Below are positions 42,086 to 55,200 of a stretch of 64,000 nt of DNA, piece after piece. Both the position numbers and the translations under genes were made by a program. Below the pieces are notes generated by a model, which was given only the letters and a program-made list of their open reading frames with translations, was not told where the DNA came from and made no database searches. Origin of the DNA: Antedon mediterranea. Its lineage: Eukaryota; Animalia; Echinodermata. How positions within the stretch are numbered: the stretch's first letter is position 1; every line of letters starts with the position of its first letter. The stretch covers positions 35,824,388-35,888,387 of the forward strand of contig NC_092670.1 of the NCBI RefSeq assembly GCF_964355755.1. Reading direction: 5' to 3'.

Positions 42086-42421
42086 GCGATATTTCTTTTC
42101 GTACATAAGTTGGGGACCCCTCGTGAAACGTCACAAAATATTCATGAATATTCATTAATCATATCCATAAGGTGTGACGTAAGAATTCAGCTAACTACAA
42201 TTCGCTAATGCAAACGATTTCTGTCGAGCCGTCTGTGTAGTCGAGTGGATAAGACTATGGACTTTACATGTCGATGTATGGGGTTCGACTCCCATGAGCT
42301 ACTTCTTTTACTTTATAGTGAGAGAGAGATTATTTGGAGGGTTAGGTTTAGTTATATTTAGGAAGTAGTTCGGCTATCTTTCACATGGGGTCCCCAACTT
42401 ATGTACGAAAAAAAAAATCGC
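42086..42421. mobile_element. Mutator-type MITE (336 bp) carrying a tRNA-like Pol III promoter
   Basis: 9-bp TSD CACCCGGGC (42077-42085 and 42422-42430). TIR GCGAT...TTCGTACATAAGTTGGGGACCCC. Internal A-box TAGTCGAGTGG and B-box GGTTCGACTCC. Confidence 0.85.
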
Positions 42422-44287
42422 CACCCGGGCAGCTTTCATCGATAAAAAAGTAGGACCATCGACATCGACATCATATTAACCCCGTAAAAACTAGGGCACT
42501 GGACGTTCACCAACTCCCGTTAGGGTAATTATAATTCCTTAGAATACCAACTTGAATCGCAAAATATCAAGGCGATTGAAATAAATATTACTATTATTAT
42601 ATCTGGAGACATATAGTCTAATCAAATTAAATTGTTTGTTTTTGATTGAGTAATATACACAACCTGTTGTCAATTTGAAGTAAATCGACAACTTGAAAAA
42701 ATATATAGCCTACCGGTACTGTATTATTTCTAGGGAATGAATATCACTAAATCATATAGGCCTAGGGCCTACCTATTTTCGTTCTCTCGAAATATTATTT
42801 CATTGGAATTCGAATTACTAATTCGCGAGAGAACGAAATAATTTCCCTCGAAATTATTTCGTTCTCTCGATCATTCCTTGTCTCGAAGTAGTAATTCGTT
42901 TTTTATATTGTTCAGTTCTTGAAATCTTATTTTGTTCTCCCTAAATATATTTGTTCCCTCAAAATATTTTTCAGTTCTCAAAATATTATTTTGTAATATT
43001 CATAATACTGTTACTAATTTAATAATATTAACTGATAACAAAAGTGCTTTAAACAAGTAAGTTCGTCATTGTTAAAGTGAGTTCTTTTTCATTATATTTT
43101 TTTTCACAGCTGCCTGATTTTTTGTTTCATTTAATAAAACATTTAATTGGTTAGTCACAATATTTTTTTTGTTTCTAGAGATTTTACATTATTTATTTAT
43201 TTATCTAAAATACATTTGAAAAATATTGTTGATGCATATTACCAAAAAATATTTATTTTTTTATATTTTATATGGCAAAATAAACACCTTAATTGCGCAT
43301 CATAATTATTCGTTCACTCAAGGGTATTTCGGTTTTTTGTTTTTTTCGAATAATCTCTAAAAAAAAACGTCCACCTCACCTAAAGGACCACTTCTCATAA
43401 TTCCGTAACGACCACCTTTCGCAAATTACCACCTCTATTGAGGTGGTCACTTACGGGAGGTGTAGTCGGTAAAAGAAGTGGTCGTCTACGAGCGGTGGTA
43501 GTTTATGAAAAGCAGTCCGTTATGAGAGGTGGTTACCCCTTGAGGAGGTTGTCCATTGTGAGAAGCGGTCCCTTAACAGAGGTAGTCCCTTTTAAATATT
43601 AAAGGTGGTCGCTAACAAAGGTGGTTGCTTACGATCAGAGTGCTAAGTTTTGAAAGCCGATCACTTACGAGAGGTGGATAGACTGACGGCAAGTAGAGAA
43701 ATACATTTGCACATGATTTAGACATTTAGGTTTGTAAAATAGGCCTATATAATATTTTATTAGCTGGCGATATTAACTACATTAGCTGTGAGGCAATTTT
43801 CATTACTACATTACCTGTTGAGTTGTACATTAGTATAATGTTGATTTTTATTTAATAAATAAGCTGTTGGTGTTTCTACATCATTAGCTAGTTCTAGGTT
43901 TTATTATATGGGTGGATTTGACTTTTCTACACTAGCAGTTTTGAACAGGGCCTACTGTATTAGTTTAAAGGGAATGCTACAAGTTGTATTATTTTTTTTT
44001 ATCTATCGTTTTGTGTACTAAAGTGGCAGCATAATCAGTATTTATTTTTACCAGATGTCCAGCAAGGGTAATGTCCCAATTGGTAATTGCCATGCCAATT
44101 GTCAGGTCAACCTCAAAACAGCGGCTCTCGGGACTGGGAGAGTTGTATGATTTGTTTTTATTTATTTTTTTTTTTAATGCGCCTTGAGCACTCTTGAGTG
44201 GTATGTGCGCTATAAAAATCCTGTTATTATTATTTGTTATTATTATTTCACCTTTTAGTCGTGTTAACTGTCATCTGTCTGTCTTAC

Positions 44288-45095
44288 AGTAAAGTGATCT
44301 TTAATTGGAAGAGGACCAGTACAATTACTTGTTTTTTATCACATGATTATAAACTATTTATTCCTCTTGTCTGTGCTCATACAAAATAATAAAACGGTCG
44401 CTAATTGGAAGTGTCTTAAAGTAAAGTGATCTTTAATTGGAAGAGGACCAGTACAATTACTTGTTTTTTATCACATGATTATAAACTATTTCTTCTTCTT
44501 GTCTTTATTCATACAAAAATAATATAACGGTCACTGATTGGAAGTGTCTTAAACTGAAGTGATCTTTAATTGGAAGAGGACCAGTACATTTACTTAATTT
44601 TGTCACATAATTAAACTATTAATTATTCTTGCCTTTACTCATACCAATTAATAAAAATGGTCACTAATTAGAGGTGTCTTAAAGTAAAGTGATCTTTAAT
44701 TGGAAGCGGACCAGTCAGTACAGTTACTTAATTTTGTCACATAATTAAAACTATTAATTATTATTGTCTTTACTCATACCAATTAATAAAATGGTCGCTA
44801 ATTGGAGGTGTTTTAAGTAAAGTGGTCCTTTATTGAAAGAGGACCAGTACAATTACTTGTTTTTTGTCACATAATTAAAAACTATATATTCTTCTTGCTT
44901 TATTAATACTAAATAATATAATGGTCGCTAATTGGAGGTGTTTTAGGTAAAGTGATTTTTAATTGTAAGAGGACCACTTCATTTACTTGTTTTTGTCACA
45001 TACTTAACAATTATTTATTCTTCTTGTCTTTTCACATACCAAATAATATAATGGTCCCTAATTGGAGGTGTTTAGGCAAAGCGATCTTTAATTAG
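44288..45095. repeat. Tandem repeat, ~131-bp unit, ~6 copies
   Basis: Units begin AGTAAAGTGATCTTTAATTGGAAGAGGACCAGTAC near 44288, 44420, 44553, 44683, 44816, 44946 and 45075. Confidence 0.9.
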
Positions 45096-46387
45096 AAAAA
45101 AAAATTAGTTTGGCATCATTAAGTATTATTGGTTATTAAAAGAAGACAAGACAAGTGCAGGCGTGATAAAAACAACCACCTATCATAAAACGTATGATAC
45201 AGTATTTAATAGTGGACGCATTTCAATCCATGGGTCAGACATTATTAAACAATTAAATTGTTGAAAAACGCCCACGAACCCGTTGAAACATGCAACTGGA
45301 CACTATCCAATGCTGAAAAGGGTCCACCCGGACACTTTTGAAAGCTGGACACAATTCAATCTTACACCGGCCTAGTTTTGGCCAACGGTCGATAACAGCA
45401 GCAACGAGAGTATAGGCGAAAAGCAAAGAAATCGGAAAACTAGAAATCGCCCCTTCCACTATCGATATTATAACAATCTTTTTTTACTTTTAATACAGTT
45501 AATAATAGTCGAGAGGAAAAATTGAAAACAGCACTGTGGTCATGTTACTTGAGTTGCCAAAACAATATATCCTAACCTGTAGATTATTTGATAAAAATCC
45601 TAGAAAGTACTAAGTAGGAAACGGGGTAGGAAACCTTTCCATTTCTTCCCTGAGTGAATATTAGGAAATGGACTCAAAAAGTATTTACTTATTTTTTCTA
45701 GACTAGGCCATAGCTCCTTCATAGGCTATGATCATGTTAATGTCATTTACTATTAGTATTACTGTTATAATTTTATAGGAAAAAAGAAAGTAATTTAAAT
45801 ATTTTCATTTAGAATGAGGACAAGAATTAGGAGAGAGAAATCACTCAAGCATTACTATCCTCAATTTGCTAGAGTAAGCTGAATTCTTTGAGAATGAATC
45901 AGCTGCTGAATGATTGATCACTAAAAGGTCAAGGGTTGTTGCCACAAATATCTAGTGTATAGGATTGTGTAAAAATATATTGCAAATATACTGTATTTGT
46001 GAGGTAGGCCTATATGTTTATATTGGTTCTTTTTTTTCCAGCATGGATTTAATAGATGATAACAGTTCTGCTGAAGAAATCAAACCTTGTTTGATTGAGT
46101 GTGGAATCCCAGAAGATGATGCCAAAATAATTGAAGGTGAGAATCTAAAATCTAGTTTTATTTTTAGATATCACTAAGCTATTATATTTTGCTCTTTTAT
46201 TCTTTATTTAAAAAAAAAATTGAATGTTATAATTGTTTTAACATAGTCTGGTAAATTTCTTGTATATTTTCAGGATCTGACCACATATTATAATGGTAAT
46301 AGGCCTAACCTGTATTTAAAAAAAATTAAATAATGCATTGGAAAACAATAATTGTCGTTATATTATTATAGGCCTACAGTAAAACTG

Positions 46388-47272
46388 ACACTCCAAATAA
46401 ATAGACTATTGTCTCAAGGAAGTTCTAACTAGTCAGCCTCATGAGGTCTTAGGGCAACTGAAGGCTTCTAGTGGAGTGTAGTTGTTTCAATATGTCTTTT
46501 AAAAATAAAAAATAAATAATGTATGTTTATTTAAAAACAACAAAATTATACAATTAATAAAACATCAATAATAACAGTAGGCCTACACTCCAAATAAATA
46601 GACTATTGTCTCAATGAAGTTCTAACTAGACAGCCTCATGAGGTCTTAGGGCAACTGCAGGCTTTTAGTGGAGTGTAGTTGTTTCAATAAGTCTTTTAAA
46701 AATAAAAAATAAATAATGTATGTTTATTTAAAAACAACAAAATTATAAAATTAATAAAACATCAATAATAACAGTACACTCCAAATAAATAGACTATTGT
46801 CTCAATGAAGTTCTAACTAGTCAGCCTCATGAGGGCAACTGAAGGCTTCTAGTGGAGTGTAGTTGTTTCAATATGTTTTTTAAACTAAAAAATAAATAAT
46901 GTATGTTTATTCAAAAACAACAAAATTATACAATTATTAAAATATCAATAATAACAGTACACTTCAAATAAATAGACTATTGTCTCAATGAAGTTCTAAC
47001 TAGACAGCCTCATGAGGTCTTAGGGCAACTGAAGGCTTCTAGTGGAGTGTAGTTGTTTCAATATGTCTTTTTAAATTTAAAAATAAATAATGTATGTTTA
47101 TTTAAAATCAACAAAATTATACAATTATTAAAATATCAATAATAACAGTACACTCCAAATAAATAGACTATTGTCTCAATGAAGTTCTAACTAGACAGCC
47201 TCATGAGGTCTTAGGGCAACTGAAGGCTTCGAGTGGAGTGTAGTTGTTTCAATATGTCTTTTTAAAATAAAA
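46388..47272. repeat. Tandem repeat, ~190-bp unit, ~4.7 copies
   Basis: Units begin ACACTCCAAATAAATAGACTATTGTCTC near 46388, 46585, 46777, 46959 and 47150. Confidence 0.92.
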
Positions 47273-49296
47273 ATTAGTAAAAAAAAAATCAAACTGTTTC
47301 ATGTCAATAAACCTTGGAACAAGGCCTACCTCAATGGAAATAAGACTACAATGGTCATTAAGCTATCATGACTGATAATGGCATCAACAATTCAATATGC
47401 AATTTTATTGTTTCAAAATAATATTTCTTTTATTCTTCTTAGACATCTGATATGGATATTGAGCAACCATCTTTCTTTCTCTAGTGGAGAAGGAGAAGAT
47501 GAACATAATTTTTCCACTTTTAGCACTGAAACTGAACGTGCCCTACCAATATATTCATCTAGAGTCCGTGTATGGCTTGGTAACCGTATAGAAGATCCTT
47601 GAAAAAATTATTGAGGAGACATCCGAACTAATATTTTTTTAAAATTTTATCCCATTATTTATTGCAGGTAATTGGAGAATTTAAACAATGCTGTTTTGTA
47701 TACGGTTGTCAATAAATTAATAAACCAGATTATTTTTAATATTCATTACTTTTTCTCTTGCAGGAGGACATGGATCAAGACATAGAACCACCAAGGCAGA
47801 ATACCCCAGGGAAACGGATAGAATCATGCATTCTCTGCAATGAAAATGTTTTTAAAGTCAAAGGGCAGTTATCTGATGCTATATGTTGATTGGCAATTTA
47901 TTATGTTTTCGATTACATTATCCGACACAGTATCTCAAATATTAGATTTTTTAAATACTGGATTTTAAAGGATAAAATAATATTTTATTTCAATTCACAG
48001 CTTTCCATAATGTCAACACAATGTTGGAAGCTGTATATTAAACTCAACTGCTTTATTAATTGAACATTTTATAGTTTATATTAGTATACAGTTGTATTAT
48101 CATACAATGTATCTTTCATGTTATTATCAAAAGGTAATGTTTCAGTTTATATTGGTAGACATGAATAAATAATTTAAATGTTTTGATTAAAATATCACTT
48201 TCGTCCGTTGTGTTCTTAATGATGTCAATCTGATACGCATAAAGGCCAATAGGAGTTTAAGGTAACAACAAAATAAGTGATTATTGGCTATGAAAAAGTG
48301 TTAATGCAGAGCATGAAAACCCAGAGATATAAAGAATACAGTATATTCTTATAAAAAACCACAGCAAAAAACACCACATTTGTAAGCCCATGTTTGCTAA
48401 ATATTTCAAGTAAGCATGTATTCTTAATTGTCTACCACAGGAAATAAATTGCTAAGCTCGTCTATGCTAAACGCAAAACGGTCTAAACACTTGCATTTAA
48501 GCACAAATGATATTCCAAACACTATAGAGTTGAGACACTATATTTTCCAAGCACTTCTGTGCTAAACGCAAAACGGGCTAAACACTTGAAAGATAAGCAT
48601 ATTTTTCTTCTAAACACTACATCAAAAACACTACTATTTTCTAAACACAGAACGAGCTAAACACAGAAAGGGTTAAACACTTGAAAGATAAGCATATTTT
48701 TCTTCTAAATAACACTACATCAAAAACACTAAGAATTTCTAAACACAGAACGAGCTAAACACAGAAAAGGCTAAACACTTGAAAGATAAGCAAATTTTTC
48801 TTCTAAACACCAAAGTAAAAACACAAAACGAAACTAAACACATTAGTGCTAAACACTAAATAATCCTCCTAAGCACATAGAATGCTAAACATGTTTAGCA
48901 TTCTATGTGTCTCCAAAGTGACTACAAGAATTGTGTTTAGCATTGTGTTTATAGTTTTTACAGTGTACTTTGTTTAGTATTACGCTATACAATGTTTTAA
49001 TTGAATTATTTTACAATCTAATATAATAATAATAATAAACATAATATTATTATGACTAACTGTTATAAAATCTAACATGAATGAAGTTAGTTTATATTAT
49101 ATTACGGTAAATGTTTATTTATAATTAATATTATGTTAGACATTTTATATAAATCCAATTTTGACAAACTATGGACAATTGTATTGTAGCCTATACTATA
49201 ATGAAACAGCGGAGCAAAAATGCTAAGCTAGGAATACATTTTATATAACGATTGTTATTTGAATCGGCTCGTGATTGTTAAGACATAATAAATGCA

Positions 49297-52200
49297 TTAT
49301 ATGCTGATGGCATTAGGTATCTCTGTTGGGTGCAGATAAGTGTATTTCTCATATCTGTCATTGTTCCGTTCATTGATAGTTTTCCCATGATTCTTTAGTC
49401 CATCTCTAAATCTAAAAGTAAATAATACATGTAATGTTCAAATTTCCAATAATGTTTATTAAAAAGGCATACAATACGAGCACTATAGAATGAAATAATG
49501 TCCTTGTTTTTGTTACACCGGCGGAGATGAAAAAGTTTCAACAAAACAATGATTTAAGGTAATGCGTAATGGCAACACATTCTAATGTCTTACCACGGTG
49601 ATTGTATATAGTTATCCATTGCGGAACTTGTTTGAATTTAGCTGAAAACTGAAGAAAAAAAACATGACCTGATTGCAGTACTTACTTTTGAACAGCTTCG
49701 GTGCTAATTGGATCAAACTGATAGTCAACCTCAAAGTCACCTAGCCCATTGGTTCCTTTCTCGCTCAGCAGTTTTGTTACTTCCATTACGTCCAACGTTG
49801 CTTGCTTGTCTGGCAGTGCTTCCAGAATATCATCTTCTGTTTTCGGATCCTAATTATTGTATAGGAAAGAGAACTGTTATATTGAATTATTTAGCTAAAT
49901 ACGAAATAACAATTTAGATATATTAGGTTAGCTTACCTTGTTTTTAGGTGGTTGTCCTTCGATTGACGCCGGGTAGTGTGGAGGAAATCCATAGTTATCG
50001 TACTGTCCAAAGTTTACCGCTGCGTGCATCACACTACTGGTGAATACAATAGACGTTACAGTCTCTGCGATTTCTTTTGGATTTTTGAAGGAACCATCTC
50101 CCGGTACCCCTTGTATGTTACAACCTCCGTCAGTTACAGGTGAAGACAGTGCTTTGCGCCATCCTTGCAACTCGTGATCTTGTGATATTTTTTCAGATGT
50201 ATCTGAAATAGATTTTAATACGATTGCGAAATTAACATTTTAACACACATGGTTCTTTGAATCTTTATGAATGTATCTGGTAATCAAATGTACCTAAAGT
50301 ATGGAGTCTAAAATCAATGTTAATTAGTAGCATAAACCACGGAGAGCGCATAAACATTTAGTCTTTCACTCCCCTTTATAGGATGTTAGGAATCCGACTG
50401 GTAATATCGTAAATAAATAATTAATAACGAAACATACCCATGCATAAATCGTATGCGCAGTATTATTGCTATAATGACATGTATGCGTCGATTATTAATT
50501 GACAACAAGTATTTGTTGTTCGAGAATTTTCTTTAATTTCATCAAAATTTATTTTTACGACCGCCGTAGTACAACCGTAAGTATTATCGTCTCAGTGTTG
50601 TTTATCTTTTCAGCTTTTATTAATACTGTACTATGATTGTTATTATTACTCATAATAGGTGTGTGTGTGTGTGTTATATTGGTGGACACGTACCATGACA
50701 TAGTATTATTTATATACCATATATTATATGTTGATAACATTGTATAACATACCATAACATTTATGTACAACTTCATCAACGTATTCAGATATTGCATGCC
50801 ACATCAACAGACCATCGTCTCTGAAGTGATAATTAGGAAGAACGTCCGGGTCACTCACACCTCGAGATTCAAGTTCTTTTGGAAAGTTTCCATCAATATC
50901 CATTCTCCATGTTTTGAAACGACGTTTTACGATCTCAAACATGCCGGTGCGACCAATTGCCATTGTTCGATCAACCCAACCTCCTTCATTTACAAGTGAC
51001 TCGATAGCAAGTCTGAAATAGGAATAGAATTCATGAATATTATTCTAACCATTGAAATCGTTCAATGGTTCAATGGCAGCAGCTATACTTTCCATTACAA
51101 GATGCGTTGTCATTCAACGATGTGACGCAGATTGATGGTACGACGCGTCAAAGAGACATGCTTGTACAACAAAAATTTAGCATTTATACAATGACAAATT
51201 AAAATAGTAACGTTATATAGTTCGTAGTAATTTTCTGATCATTTCCAATACAATATCAAAATAAATTTTGAAAGTCATTAATATTATTATTATTTTTAAT
51301 TTAGAACTAAATAGCTCCTAAATCGACGTGCAACAATGCAAAGGATGAATAACATTTACACCTGTCTGTTGTATAAAAATACTTACTTGTTTATGGCAAT
51401 TAAGTATAAGAAATGGGATGCCATTAGACGGAAGAGGGGGTGTGAAGGCGACAGATAACTGTGTGTGGCAGCAACTATACTTTCCATCACAAGATGCGTC
51501 ATTCCAAGATGTGACGCAGATTGATGGTATGACGCGTCAGCGTTGTTGAACCACATCTTAGCAAACATCCACGTGTATTCGTGGTCTGAAGAAAGGAACA
51601 CCTGTAAAAAATATCTTGTTAATGAGATGGTTTAACACATGCATCAGTTATATATTTCATGCCAGTTTCAAATGTATTTATATTACTATAGACAATAAAA
51701 TAATATCAGTATAAGTGTTATCATTTACCACTCGCAAATATGTGAATGTGTATGTCTACCGCTTAGGTTTACGAGGAAGCAAAATTGTGTCGCGGAGTAG
51801 AATGAGGAACCTTCGTTGCCAACTGTGTTGGCCCTTTCAGAGCATCCCAATGTTCCTTTTTATGTTTTCCTTTTACGTGCATGCTGCAACGATGACTTGC
51901 CATTCATATTAAATAACGTTACAACCAATACTTGTTTCCTTGTATTTGTTTATCGGGCTCACATGTGTCAAAATGAGGAACAACTTCTGATGCGTACTAT
52001 AAAATTACTTCATGTACTTTGTCCACAGCTCGTCGGTCGTCGAAAATCGAAATTAAAGCTCACCAACTCATTTTATTAAGCGGACTCTAAAAAATGTGTC
52101 ACGCATAGGCCTACACAAGTCGGAAAATTTATGATAATTATACAATTACCGGATTGTCGTCGGATTTGTCTTGGAAAAGTTGAATAGCAACAGGCATCAG

Positions 52201-55200
52201 TTTTGCATCATTTTGAAGATAAAACAGGGCGAGGGGACTGCAAACCTAAAACAAAAAAATATCCCTTCGTTTTCTCAATTTTAAATTAAATATTTGACAA
52301 TATATACATATATATTCTTTTATCATTACTGCATTATTTTATTTCACCTTATCACACAAGACCTATCACTTCCAATTTTGAAAAGCAAAGTTAGGTCGTA
52401 GTACGCTAGGTTTACCCTACTTTCCATTCACTTTTAGCCCGCAATAGCTTACAAATATAATTATATTTACAACCAATATTATTTTTCTTTATTATACTGT
52501 ACTCTAACAACCAATGAGTTTGTCCTCACAGTCATGTGACGTGTTTTTGAAAACGTTTCGTATTCCTATAGCTCTATAGGGGGCGCTATAGATTACGAAT
52601 ACTGTATTTACTTTAAAGATGTATTGTCCCCCAAAAAATGAAAAAATAAAGATGAAAAAAATCAAATTTTGAATAGACCGTTTTGTAGTTAACATAAAGT
52701 TATTCACTTCCACCGAAAAAAAATCCGAAAAAATATTGATTTCGCTTATAAAAAAATCAAAATAAGTTTACCATTTTTTCGAACTCATCGGCTCAGAAAT
52801 TAGGCCGGTAGAGCTAACTCATACATATGCATGATATGTTAATGAGCATCCACACAGCAGAGATCTGATCTAACAATGGACGATGCACGTTGTATGTACA
52901 ACAACACCACCAGAGATCGACGCGATTCGACTGTGGGTTTCCCTGGCCTGATCGTATAAATATGTAAAGCTTAGCTGTTAATTTGTCGGTAAGTAGGCCT
53001 AGACGGTTATTTTAAATATAATAATATATATAACGCAATAATAACAGGAAGGTAAATTAATTAACTTAGCCTGGGATTTTTTCAGTTCAGGGCTAGGCCT
53101 AGAATAATTAATACATGCTGCTGCATATTACTAGGCTAGTAGCAAGCCGACTGTGACAATCGGGTCCCTGCAGAAGATGCCCAGCTAGCTAGGCCCTATA
53201 CATTGTACTCTTCATAGACTGGCCTAGGCTATATGCCATCAATCTTAGCTACATTCCGAAAATACAGCCAGCTTGCTGTACCATATATATTTACAGTTGA
53301 AGCTTGTTTAACTAATTTTTATGATAAAAATAAAACAAACATTTTTCAGGGAAAATGGTTGCAATACAAGCCTGAAATTGAGAACCTTCCAGCAGCACTG
53401 TACAAGTAGACAGAGGGGAAAAGCCAGCTTAGCCATTTTACAACACAAACAAATGTTCTCTGTACTGTAGTAAGTCAAATATTTATTTTCTCTTTTTATA
53501 AGTTATAACATTATAAGTAATGTGTTTTAATTACCATAGAAAGGTGGTATACTTATTTGACTATGTCAAAGTAAGCAATTTCACTAGCCCAATTTTGCAC
53601 TAAATATGCATGATCTATTTTTTCCAGATTTTCATACTTTGCTTTTACTTTTTTTAAAGACGTTGAGCTGATGAAGACTAGAACAGAGGTCACCCAAAGA
53701 CAACAATGATAGACTCGGTATTGGAATATGATTGGGTATTGCAGGAAAAATATTTCTGACTCTCCTGCTGCATTCGGCCAATATGTTCTTGTCCAGCTTG
53801 TAAAATATTGTATAATTTTTTTTATTATATGTACAGTATATTATTTTGTAAACATAACATTCAATAAATAAATAAAAAACTACTACAACAGTACACAGGA
53901 TAAATTCTTCAAATTTACTTACACTTCACAATTTTACTGTAAATATTACAGTGCAAAAGGAGTTAATAAAATATATATATACAGTATATCTTATTGAATT
54001 CCTGTATTTTGTGTCAATTTGTCTACTAATTATCAATGTGTTGATTGTGCCAGTAATTACGACAGCTGTAGTCTTCTAAGATCGCTCACATCCATTACAA
54101 AGTGTCATTTTAATAGTAAGAAACGTTTCAATAAATTGTGAATGTTGCCACTGTACGATACATTTTATGTTTCTCACTACTTGCTCTTATTGTTCAATCA
54201 ATCAACCTAAAAAAAAAAGAAATTTGTGTCAAAATATCTGCATAAAATGTTAATTTGAACCTATTGCATTTGATACAGAAAATATTTTTAAAATATTGCA
54301 TCAGTAAAACATCCAAAACAATATTTAGGCCTAGATTTTCTTTTTTTTTTAATTTTCACTGCCGAATAGATAGTTGAAATCTTTAAAAATTAAACCAATT
54401 CATCATGATTAAAACAAAAATACATCCCTTCTGGTGGTGGTCTACTGTAGCCCTAACTAGCAGTGTACTGCCTAGGCCTACTACACTCTACTTCTAGAGA
54501 AAGAAGTAGGCAGCAGTTAGGCTACTCGAGACTGCCAGTGCTAGTAGTAGTAGTAGTAGACTAGTAGTACAGTAGCAGCAAATTCGGGCCTAGGGCCTAG
54601 GCCTAGCTAGGCCTCTCCTGTTAGCGAAACAAAAACTCACCTAAATGAATAAGATTCAACATCAAAGTTACCAACTGTAATTCTAACTTAGCATTCTGCT
54701 AGCTATAGTTTTCGTGTTTTCTTCAAGATTCGTCTCGCATCACTACTCGACTCTCTCTCGCACGCATGCATTGCTCTCGTTGTTGGCTGTTGATTTGGAA
54801 AGCATCATCATCCACACGATCAGTGGTGGCGCCAGCGGGGGGGGGGGGGGGGGGGCTACGGGGGCTCTAGCCCCCTCGTCGGGGAGCCTAGCCCCCCCGT
54901 CGGGGAACACGGGTACTTTTTGTCGGGGAATATAATATACAGTAAAAAACGTTCGCGTTCACTTCATATAGCTTCAGCGCCTAGAAAACCACGACGTTCC
55001 ATTGACCGTGAGAGTACGTCAGAGGGCTATTATGCACTTTTATGCATTCATTATTGCCAGAGATCTAACTACTAAACAATAGCTAGTACGCACTTGTTTG
55101 GCGGTATCCATTTGTACGAATCGTTCACCGTTGGGTCGAGACGCGTGATATCATGTTCCATCCAGGGACCAAAATGTGTAATGTAGTTATTTTCCAGGCG

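Larger units (their letters stand above)
41978..45372. mobile_element. Nested TIR element (~3.4 kb) of uncertain superfamily
   Basis: Imperfect ~70-bp inverted ends GCCGGTGTAAGATT...AATCTTACACCGGC with TA-containing flanks. TSD is ambiguous. Confidence 0.65.
40826..48965. mobile_element. CACTA/EnSpm (CMC) type DNA transposon, 8140 bp, non-autonomous, with nested inserts
   Basis: TIR CACTGTAAAAAC...GTTTTTACAGTG with TA flanks, and dense subterminal CTAAACAC/GTGTTTAG motifs at both ends. The rejoined flanks match the uninterrupted paralogous site downstream of LOX-C (about 30372-30450). Confidence 0.88.

Noticed and set aside
44288-47272. Regular repeat arrays as CRISPR-like loci
   Set aside because: Whole units repeat with no unique spacers, there are no cas genes, and the context is a eukaryotic transposon.
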